From: Pseudodesulfovibrio sp.
GTDB taxonomy: Bacteria; Desulfobacterota; Desulfovibrionia; Desulfovibrionales; Desulfovibrionaceae
Length of the DNA: 64,000 nucleotides
Assembly (NCBI GenBank): GCA_022712855.1
Contig: JAFLJT010000320.1
Span: 3,915-67,914 of the forward strand
Direction: 5' to 3'
Notes under the pieces: model-generated
Database searches by the model: none
Told to the model about the DNA's origin: nothing
Seen by the model: only the letters and a program-made list of their open reading frames with translations
Program-made: the position numbers and the translations under genes
Part shown: positions 56,206-64,000 of the stretch, piece after piece
Position numbering within the stretch: the first letter of the stretch is position 1
Layout of the letters: every line of letters starts with the position of its first letter

Positions 56206-58161
56206 ATGATACGGATTCCCAGGGATGAGTGCGTCAACACCGAGACTGCTACTCGAAAAGAATGGCTCGATACCAACGGCATTGGGGGCTATGCTTCCAG
56301 CACGGTCATCAACTGTCACACACGCAAGTACCACGGACTTCTGGTGGCTTCTCTCAAGGAGCCAAGGGGTAAATTCGTCCTGCTATCCAAAGTCGAGGCC
56401 TCCCTCGTCAGCAAGGGCAAGGAGTTTCTCCTCTCAACCAACAAGTACCCCGGCGTCTATCACCCGACCGGCCATCAGTTCGTTGAAGGATTTGAGCAGG
56501 GACTGTATCCGTCCATCACCTACCGTATCGGTGATGCGCTTGTCCGAAAATCCATGATGATGGTGAATGGCAAAAACACTATATTGCTCTGCTACGAACT
56601 GCTTGAAGGCAGGGTAAAGCCTGACCTCCGTATCCGTCCTTTGCTGGCTTTTCGCGATATCCATTCCCTGACCAAAGAGAACATGTTCCTTCGCCCCAAG
56701 TCCTATCCGGAAAAAAACGGGCGAAAGATACAGCCCTATGAAGGCATGCCTCCTCTCTACGTGGGCACCAACCGAACCTCGGAGTTTTTTCCCGGGCCAA
56801 AGTGGACGCTCAACATTGAGTATCTCCTTGAGCGCGACAGAGGGTTTGACTATCAGGAAGATTTGTTCTGCCCTGGCGTTTTCGAAACGCGCCTCCAAAA
56901 AGGCAAGCCCGTCATTTTCGCCGCATCTACCGAACCCCTTGGCAACCTTGAGCGCTCGCGAAAGAAGGAAATTGAACGCCGCGAGGCTGCATTCTCCGCA
57001 TGCAAGGACCGCTGCAAAAGCTTCAGTTGGATGCAGTATTACTCTGGCCAATTTCTTGTCCGCAACGCCTCGGACTTCGCCTCGGTAGTGGCCGGGTTCC
57101 ATTGGTTCGGAGAGTGGGGGCGTGACACCATGATCGCCCTGCCCGGCCTGACCTTCTATGCCGGGCGCAGGGAGTTCGGCGAAGAGGTGCTTGCCTCCTA
57201 CGCCAAGCTCGAACGCGATGGCCTGCTACCGAACTACCTCGACCAGTCATCCGAGCATCTAGCCTACAATTCAGTGGACGCCTCTCTGTGGTTTTTCTGG
57301 GCTGTACAGGAGTACCTGAAGACCGGTGGCAGAATTCGATTCGTCATGGCCAAAGTCTATCAGGCCTTACGGGGCATCATCTCGGCCCATCTGGATGGGC
57401 GCGTACCATTATGCGGCGTCGGTGAGAATGGTTTGCTCTATGCGGGCAACGAAAACACGCAGCTGACATGGATGGACGCCCAAGCTTACGGCAGGCCGGT
57501 CACACCCCGTCACGGGGCGGCAGTGGAAATCAACGCGCTCTGGTACAATGCCCTCAAGTTCTTTCTCGAACTGACACCGAAAGACGATGAGGTTGCCATT
57601 CGTGCCACAAATGCAGCGGACACCTTGGCGGATAACTTCGTAGACCTGTTCTGGAATCATGAAGACAACTGCCTGAGTGACGTGGTCAATGAACAGGGAC
57701 AAGATCACGCCATCCGGCCCAATCAGATATTCGCCGTATCCCTGCCTCACAGCATGCTGGACACCAAGCAGATGCAGGCTGTTGTCGATGTCGTGCAATC
57801 TCATCTCCTGACTCCATACGGACTTCGCACACTGTCACCGAGAAGCACCGCCTATTCTCCCTTCTACCGGGGAGACTCTGACGCTCGCGATTCCGCGTAC
57901 CACCAGGGCATGGTCTGGCCGTGGTTGGCTGGACATTTCGGTGAGGCGTTGCTTCGCCAGGCTAAAGACAGAAAAGAAGCCAAGGCATTCCTGAGAAAGA
58001 ACTTCAAACCGATCCTTCAAAGATTCCCTGACAACTTTGGCATAGCCTCAGTGCCTGAGTTGTATACTGGCAACCCGCCGCATTTGCCCAAAGGCACCAT
58101 TGCTCAGGCATGGAGTGTGGCCGAGGCTATCCGTCTGAATAAATTATTGAGGGAGAAGTAG
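56206..58161 (+). CDS. Glycogen debranching enzyme (amylo-alpha-1,6-glucosidase, GH133-like)
   Basis: EWL.TNGIGGYAS, WGRDTMI.LPG, LTWMDA, YHQG.VWPW, QAWS. Confidence 0.9.
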   Translation: MIRIPRDECVNTETATRKEWLDTNGIGGYASSTVINCHTRKYHGLLVASLKEPRGKFVLLSKVEASLVSKGKEFLLSTNKYPGVYHPTGHQFVEGFEQGLYPSITYRIGDALVRKSMMMVNGKNTILLCYELLEGRVKPDLRIRPLLAFRDIHSLTKENMFLRPKSYPEKNGRKIQPYEGMPPLYVGTNRTSEFFPGPKWTLNIEYLLERDRGFDYQEDLFCPGVFETRLQKGKPVIFAASTEPLGNLERSRKKEIERREAAFSACKDRCKSFSWMQYYSGQFLVRNASDFASVVAGFHWFGEWGRDTMIALPGLTFYAGRREFGEEVLASYAKLERDGLLPNYLDQSSEHLAYNSVDASLWFFWAVQEYLKTGGRIRFVMAKVYQALRGIISAHLDGRVPLCGVGENGLLYAGNENTQLTWMDAQAYGRPVTPRHGAAVEINALWYNALKFFLELTPKDDEVAIRATNAADTLADNFVDLFWNHEDNCLSDVVNEQGQDHAIRPNQIFAVSLPHSMLDTKQMQAVVDVVQSHLLTPYGLRTLSPRSTAYSPFYRGDSDARDSAYHQGMVWPWLAGHFGEALLRQAKDRKEAKAFLRKNFKPILQRFPDNFGIASVPELYTGNPPHLPKGTIAQAWSVAEAIRLNKLLREK

Positions 58162-58163
58162 CC

Positions 58164-59450
58164 ATGCGAGTACTGATGTTCGGGTGGGAATTCCCGCCAT
58201 ACATTTCCGGGGGTCTTGGCACGGCCTGTCTCGGCCTGACCAAGGGGCTGGCACATCACGGCACCGACATCCTTTTTGTGCTGCCACGCCTTGATTCGGA
58301 CGAGGAAGGCAAACACTTGACCTTAATGGGTGCCAACCAGGTTCGGGCTAACGTCGGCATTTCTGAAATACTGGAATTGCAGGAACGCATCTCCGTACTG
58401 GAGGTGCTCTCGCCTCTTCGGCCCTACCTCACGGAGAGGGAATACAGCAGCCTCCTGGAGAAAAAAAACCTCATCACCACCGAGGAGATCCTCGGCCAAC
58501 TCGATAACGACTTCTCCGGTGGTTACGGCGACAATCTCATGGCCGAGATCGTACGTTACAGCCTTATCGGTGCCCATCTGGCCACCAGCGAGAACTTCGA
58601 CATCATCCACGCCCACGACTGGATAACCGCCCCTGCGGGAATCGAAGCCAAGCGGGTCTCGGGCAAACCATTGGTGGTTCATGCCCATGCTCTGGAGTTC
58701 GACCGGAGCGGAGAGCACGTCAATCAGAAAGTCTACGACATTGAACGGGCGGGCTTCGAGGCCGCCGACCGCATTATCGCTGTCAGTCATTTCACCAAGG
58801 ACACCATTGTCAAACGCTATCCCATTGATCCTGCGAAAATCACTGTGGTGCACAACGCAGTGGCCAAAGACCGCAAGCTGGATCAGGTGCGCATTGAAAA
58901 GTCGTTCAAGGAAAAACTCGTCCTCTTCCTGGGACGCATCACTTTCCAGAAGGGGCCGGATTATTTCGTCGAGGCCGCAGCCAGGGTTCTTGAGAAAAAT
59001 CCGAATGTCCGCTTTGCCATGGCGGGGTCAGGCGACATGTTCCCCCGCATGGTGGAGCGCATGGCCGAATTGCGCATGGCCGACAAGTTCCACTTCCTCG
59101 GCTTCGTACGTGGTGCCGATGTGGAACGCATCTATGCCATGAGCGACCTCTATGTCATGCCCAGTGTCTCCGAGCCCTTTGGTATCACTCCGCTGGAGGC
59201 CATGGTCTTTGATGTCCCGTCCATCGTTTCCAAACAGTCCGGAGTGGCCGAAATTCTCGATGAAGCGGTCAAGATTGACTTCTGGGACGTGGATCGGCTG
59301 GCGTTCGAGATCCTGGACATCCTCGAAAACGAAGAACGGGCCAAGACGCTTGTTGAACGCGGTAGGGAGACGCTGAAGAAAGTCCAGTGGGAAACCTCGG
59401 CAAAGAACGTCCTCGCGGTTTACGAACAACTCACCGGGGGTGCCTCATGA
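58164..59450 (+). CDS. GT4-family glycosyltransferase
   Basis: GWEFPP..SGGLG, HAHDW, PSVSEPFGI.PLEA. Confidence 0.9.
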   Translation: MRVLMFGWEFPPYISGGLGTACLGLTKGLAHHGTDILFVLPRLDSDEEGKHLTLMGANQVRANVGISEILELQERISVLEVLSPLRPYLTEREYSSLLEKKNLITTEEILGQLDNDFSGGYGDNLMAEIVRYSLIGAHLATSENFDIIHAHDWITAPAGIEAKRVSGKPLVVHAHALEFDRSGEHVNQKVYDIERAGFEAADRIIAVSHFTKDTIVKRYPIDPAKITVVHNAVAKDRKLDQVRIEKSFKEKLVLFLGRITFQKGPDYFVEAAARVLEKNPNVRFAMAGSGDMFPRMVERMAELRMADKFHFLGFVRGADVERIYAMSDLYVMPSVSEPFGITPLEAMVFDVPSIVSKQSGVAEILDEAVKIDFWDVDRLAFEILDILENEERAKTLVERGRETLKKVQWETSAKNVLAVYEQLTGGAS

Positions 59451-60640
59451 TCTCTGTTTGCTTATACTTCCAGGTCCATCAGCCCATGCGACTCGACCAG
59501 GGGTATTCCTTCTTCGACATGGGGCGAAAGCACCATTACCGCGACGAGACCGCTAATCGGGATATCATGCGTAAGGTGGCCAACAAGTGCTACCTCCCCG
59601 CCAACCGGATGATGCTCGACCTGATCAACGAGTTTAAAGGAGACTTCCGTGTATCCTACGCCATTACAGGCATAGCCATGGAGCAATTCCAAGAGTTCTG
59701 CCCCGAAGTGCTCCAATCGTTCCGGGAACTGGCAGACACCGGTTGCGTGGAATTCATCGGCGAAACTCACTACCATTCGCTGGCGTTTATTTTCTCACCG
59801 GAGGAGTTTCGCCGTCAGGTGGAGATGCATGGTCGGGTGCTGAAAGAATTCTTCGGTTCCTCTCCGGTGACCTTCCGCAACACCGAGCTTATCTACAGTA
59901 ACGATCTGGCTTTGGAAGTGGAGAAAATGGGCTACAAGGTCATCCTGGCCGAAGGAGCCGATCAGATACTCGGCTGGAGGTCGCCCAATTACGTATATCA
60001 GCCAGCAGGATGCACCAAGCTCAAGGCCATGCTCAAGAACTACCGCCTTTCGGATGACGTGGCCTTCCGCTTCTCAGACCGTAACTGGGATGAATGGCCC
60101 GTCACTACAGAGAAATTCGCCCGTTGGGTACACGCCATCGCGGGTAATGGCGAAGTGATCAACCTGTTTATGGATTATGAAACCATTGGCGAACACCAGT
60201 GGGAAGACACCGGCATCTTCAATTTCTTTCGCAGTCTGCCAAGAAGTATTCTTTCGCATAACGACTTCAGATTCCAGACACTGGCGGAAGCCGCTGCTTG
60301 TATTGATCCCATGGCACAACTCGACGTTCCCTACTTCACCTCATGGGCCGACCTTGAGCGCGATGTCACCGCATGGCTCGGCAATCCCATGCAGGATCAG
60401 GCTGCCGAGTTGGCCTATTCCATGGAAGAAAAAGTACTCGCCACCAAGGATGACGACCTCATCGCCACCTGGCGGGAGCTGCTCACAAGCGACCATTTCT
60501 ATTACATGTGTACCAAGTGGTTTTCCGATGGTGATGTGCACAAGTATTTCAACCCTTATGACACACCGCACCAAGCATTCATCACATACATGAATGCGCT
60601 CAACGACATCACTCTCAGGATCGATAATGATCACGGCTAA
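59447..60640 (+). CDS. GH57-family alpha-amylase-like protein
   Basis: FQVHQP, ETHYHS, FRNTEL, MDYET.GEH. Confidence 0.9.
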   Translation: MISVCLYFQVHQPMRLDQGYSFFDMGRKHHYRDETANRDIMRKVANKCYLPANRMMLDLINEFKGDFRVSYAITGIAMEQFQEFCPEVLQSFRELADTGCVEFIGETHYHSLAFIFSPEEFRRQVEMHGRVLKEFFGSSPVTFRNTELIYSNDLALEVEKMGYKVILAEGADQILGWRSPNYVYQPAGCTKLKAMLKNYRLSDDVAFRFSDRNWDEWPVTTEKFARWVHAIAGNGEVINLFMDYETIGEHQWEDTGIFNFFRSLPRSILSHNDFRFQTLAEAAACIDPMAQLDVPYFTSWADLERDVTAWLGNPMQDQAAELAYSMEEKVLATKDDDLIATWRELLTSDHFYYMCTKWFSDGDVHKYFNPYDTPHQAFITYMNALNDITLRIDNDHG

Positions 60641-60659
60641 ATCCAACAGGAGAATAAGC

Positions 60660-63600
60660 ATGAATGCCAGTTGGCTTTTCGAAGTATCATGGGAAGTTTG
60701 CAATATGGTCGGCGGCATCCACACCGTCATCAGCAGTAAAGCAGCCCAGGCTATGATCGCCTTTGAGGACCGATACGTGGCAGTGGGGCCGCTACTTGAT
60801 CGCAATCCTGGTTTTGATCCGTGTGATCCGCCAAAAGATATTGTTCCAACATTGGAACGCCTGAAGAAAAAAGGAATTGAAACTGCTGTAGGTCGTTGGG
60901 ACACCCCTGGTAGGCCCTGGGTGCTGCTCATAGGATTCCAGAACACATTCCAAGCCCACGACAAGCTGCTCTTTCAACTCTGGAATGACTATGGCGTGGA
61001 TTCCATGGCGGGGGGCTGGGATTACATAGAACCTGTCCTCTTCAGCACAGCCGCGGCCATGGTCATCAAGGAAATCAATGATGACGTGGAAGAAGTGGCC
61101 GATGTCTTCGCGCACTTCCACGAGTGGATGTCCGGAGCCGGCGTCCTCTATCTCAAGAAGCACGCACCGGGCGTATGCACCCTACTCACCACCCATGCCA
61201 CCATGCTGGGCCGGGCCATGTCCGGTTCGGGTGTGGACATTTATGAACACCTTGAGGAGATCGAACCCTCGCAGGAGGCAAAAGCATTCGGTGTCACGGC
61301 CAAACACTCCATGGAATCGGTCTCGGCACGAGAAGCGGACTGTTTCACCACTGTATCAAACATCACCCGCAAGGAGGCGTCCAACCTGCTGGGCACCAAC
61401 CCCGCGGTAGTGACAGTCAACGGGTTCAACCTCGAAGGTTTCGCTGAACCCGCTACAGTAGCCAAGACGCGTAAGTCCTCACGAAAGCAGCTCGTAGATC
61501 TCGCCTCACGTTTTCTGGAACGGGACCTCGACCCGAAGAAGACCCTCCTTGTCGCCACCAGCGGCCGCTATGAATTCCACAACAAGGGCATCGACATGCT
61601 CATCGACAGCCTTTCTGATGTGGACAACCATCTCACCCAGTCCGATGAAGACGTCACTGTCGTCGCCTTCCTCCTGGTTTCCTGCGGCTATGCAGGTTTC
61701 AGCGATGAAGTACGCAGACGACTCAAGAAAGAGCGGTACGATATTGAAAAATATGCCGGGATATCAACCCATCACCTGGGTGATGCCGACCACGACCCTG
61801 TTGTAAACAGATGCCGAGAGCGGAAATTGACCAACGCGCCGAAAAACAGGTGTTGCGTCATCTTCATCCCCGTCTACCTTGACGGCAATGACGGCATTCT
61901 CAACCTCGAATACTACGACGCCCTGGCAGGCATAGACCTGACCGTCTTTCCATCCTTCTATGAACCGTGGGGGTACACTCCCATGGAAAGCGCGGCCTTT
62001 GCAGTTCCCACTGTAACATCCGACCGGGCCGGATTCGGTCAGTGGGTAATGGAGAAGCACCCCGAAGGACATGCGGGAGTGCATGTACTCAACCGATTGG
62101 ATGATGACTATGACACAGCAAAAGGAAAGCTGACCGACTTCCTCATCGATTTCACAGAGTGGACTGACGACGAGCGAGTTCATCGTAGCGCCGAAGCGCG
62201 AAGGATCGCCGAAGAGGCCACTTGGGAGCATTTTTATCCGCGCTATATGGAAGCATATCAATTGGCAGCAAACATCCGCACCGAACGCATCGCGGGCGTA
62301 CAGCGCATGGCCGCTGCCCCGGGAAAGGAGATTTGTTTCAGCGGCGTCAACACTACCCAGCCCCGGCTACGTTCTTTCACCGTTGTTACGGAGTTGCCGC
62401 AGGCTCTGGCCCGATTACGTGACCTCGCCAACAATCTGTGGTGGGTATGGCACCGCGATTCTCAGGAGCTCTTCGAATGGATGGATGGGGACAAGTGGCA
62501 CGAATGCGGACACAACCCGGTTCTCTTCCTGGATACAATGGATCGCGACCGGCTCAACCAACTCTCCGGCGATATCGAGTTCATGGGCCGCTTCAGCAAC
62601 GTCCTCGAACAATTTGACGACTACATGCAGGAAAAGGGAAACGCCAATATTGACGGCATTACCTGGACCAACCCGATTTCATACTTCTCCATGGAGTTCG
62701 GTCTGCACGAATCCATTCCCATTTACTCCGGCGGTCTCGGCCTGCTGGCAGGCGACCATATTAAATCAGCCAGCGACATCAACCTGCCGTTTGTCGGCAT
62801 CTCATTGCTCTACAAGAACGGCTTCTTCCACCAGAAGATCAATGGCAATGGCGATCAGGTCGTCGAGTACCGGGAGAACGACTTCGCCACCATGCCCATC
62901 ACCCAACTGCATAACGGCGATACCGAAAGAATTCTCGTCACCGTAGACCTGCCTGGGCGGACCGTCTTTGCCCAGATATGGGAAGTTCATGTGGGCAGGG
63001 CCAAGCTCTACCTTCTGGATACGGACGTGGTGGAAAACTCGCGTTCTGACAGGGACATTTCCTCCCGCCTGTATGACCCGTCCTCAAAGGGGCGCATTGA
63101 GCAGGAGATTATCCTTGGTGTCGGCGGCATCAGGCTTCTCAAGGCCCTTAATGTGGAGCCGTCCATCTACCACCTCAACGAAGGCCACTCCGCCTTCCTG
63201 TTATTTGAACGCATCCGCCAACTCATGCTCCTTGAGGGTGTGGATTTCGCCACAGCCAAGGAAATATTACGAGGCTCGACAGTCTTTACCATGCACACTC
63301 CGGTACCGGCAGGCAACGAGCGCTTTGAAAAATCCCTGGTAGAGAATTACTTCCGAGGCTACGCCGACGAAATGGGTGTTCCATGGGATGCATTATGGAA
63401 TCTTGGTCACATCTATGCAGAAGAGGCGGATCACCTGAACATGACGGTGCTAGCTCTCCAGCTCTCATGCATCCGTAACGGCGTCAGCAGACTTCACGGT
63501 GACGTATCGAGGCGTATGTGGATGGATCTATGGCGTGGATTCCTGCTTGGAGAGGTTCCGGTGGGACACGTTACCAACGGCGTTCACATCACCTCCTGGC

Positions 63601-64000
63601 TCGATGAGCGGTTGCGGCATGACATTGAAGACTCCTGCAACGTGGCTGTACATAAGGAACTTTTGGAGGAAAGCACCTGGGATTGCCTGGATTCCATAGA
63701 TGATCGGAGAATATGGGACACCCATGTTGCCTTGAAACACCGATTGTATGATGAGGTTCGCCTATCCATTTCCAACCAATGGACCAGAGAAGGCGAGCCC
63801 CCCAATCGTCTGCACACCTTCCTCGACACCCTTAACCCGGATCACCTGACCCTGTGTTTTGCGAGACGCTGCACGGCCTACAAGAGGCCCACGCTGCTTT
63901 TCCATAACCTGCAACGGATCAAAGAAATCCTCAGCAGCCAAGATAAGCCGGTCAACATCATCTTCGCAGGCAAGTCCCATCCGGCTGATACTATGGGAGC
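60660..64000 (+). CDS. GT3 glycogen synthase-like domain fused to alpha-glucan phosphorylase (GT35); partial, runs off the window
   Basis: One reading frame: FEVSWEVCN.VGGI, SGRYEF.NKG, YEPWGYTP.E, then LANNLWW, YFSMEFG, YSGGLG.LAGD, HLNEGH, FAGKSHPAD. Confidence 0.85.
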   Translation, partial: MNASWLFEVSWEVCNMVGGIHTVISSKAAQAMIAFEDRYVAVGPLLDRNPGFDPCDPPKDIVPTLERLKKKGIETAVGRWDTPGRPWVLLIGFQNTFQAHDKLLFQLWNDYGVDSMAGGWDYIEPVLFSTAAAMVIKEINDDVEEVADVFAHFHEWMSGAGVLYLKKHAPGVCTLLTTHATMLGRAMSGSGVDIYEHLEEIEPSQEAKAFGVTAKHSMESVSAREADCFTTVSNITRKEASNLLGTNPAVVTVNGFNLEGFAEPATVAKTRKSSRKQLVDLASRFLERDLDPKKTLLVATSGRYEFHNKGIDMLIDSLSDVDNHLTQSDEDVTVVAFLLVSCGYAGFSDEVRRRLKKERYDIEKYAGISTHHLGDADHDPVVNRCRERKLTNAPKNRCCVIFIPVYLDGNDGILNLEYYDALAGIDLTVFPSFYEPWGYTPMESAAFAVPTVTSDRAGFGQWVMEKHPEGHAGVHVLNRLDDDYDTAKGKLTDFLIDFTEWTDDERVHRSAEARRIAEEATWEHFYPRYMEAYQLAANIRTERIAGVQRMAAAPGKEICFSGVNTTQPRLRSFTVVTELPQALARLRDLANNLWWVWHRDSQELFEWMDGDKWHECGHNPVLFLDTMDRDRLNQLSGDIEFMGRFSNVLEQFDDYMQEKGNANIDGITWTNPISYFSMEFGLHESIPIYSGGLGLLAGDHIKSASDINLPFVGISLLYKNGFFHQKINGNGDQVVEYRENDFATMPITQLHNGDTERILVTVDLPGRTVFAQIWEVHVGRAKLYLLDTDVVENSRSDRDISSRLYDPSSKGRIEQEIILGVGGIRLLKALNVEPSIYHLNEGHSAFLLFERIRQLMLLEGVDFATAKEILRGSTVFTMHTPVPAGNERFEKSLVENYFRGYADEMGVPWDALWNLGHIYAEEADHLNMTVLALQLSCIRNGVSRLHGDVSRRMWMDLWRGFLLGEVPVGHVTNGVHITSWLDERLRHDIEDSCNVAVHKELLEESTWDCLDSIDDRRIWDTHVALKHRLYDEVRLSISNQWTREGEPPNRLHTFLDTLNPDHLTLCFARRCTAYKRPTLLFHNLQRIKEILSSQDKPVNIIFAGKSHPADTMG

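Larger units (their letters stand above)
55831..64000. mobile_element. Probable cassette 4 (alpha-glucan cargo); right end outside the window
   Basis: Starts with tRNA fragment plus the same left-end module. Confidence 0.65.

Overview
The window has two parts. (1) 1-~34.73 kb is an apparently complete P2/HP1-like (Peduoviridae-type) prophage whose left att lies just outside the window. It carries a tyrosine integrase, a repressor/cro/CII-like switch, a Zn-ribbon/TOPRIM/helicase replication protein, an iteron-rich origin candidate, hicAB, a C4-like antisense RNA locus, ogr, P2-type head genes, lysis genes and HP1-type contractile tail genes. (2) ~34.73-64 kb is a tandem array of four segments, each starting with a 45-nt 3' half of tRNA-Thr(CGT) plus a terminator. 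Their cargo is a ribose ABC/kinase operon, a beta-oxidation operon, an ECF-sigma/FNT/molybdoenzyme locus and an alpha-glucan (glycogen) cluster. None of the three complete segments encodes an integrase. Segments 1, 2 and 4 nonetheless share a conserved left-end module (arm-like TGYGTACA pair, IHF-like site, second attB-like core), and segments 1 and 2 share a right-end module (inverted arm repeats plus three 10-bp repeats). This looks like a family of non-autonomous, tRNA-targeted integrative cargo cassettes. Other highlights are an in-frame Xis-Int fusion and an ECF sigma factor fused to an NrtA/CmpA-like anion-binding domain. The host is probably a Desulfovibrionales-like bacterium (inference only). 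All calls come from reading motifs; no database searches were run.
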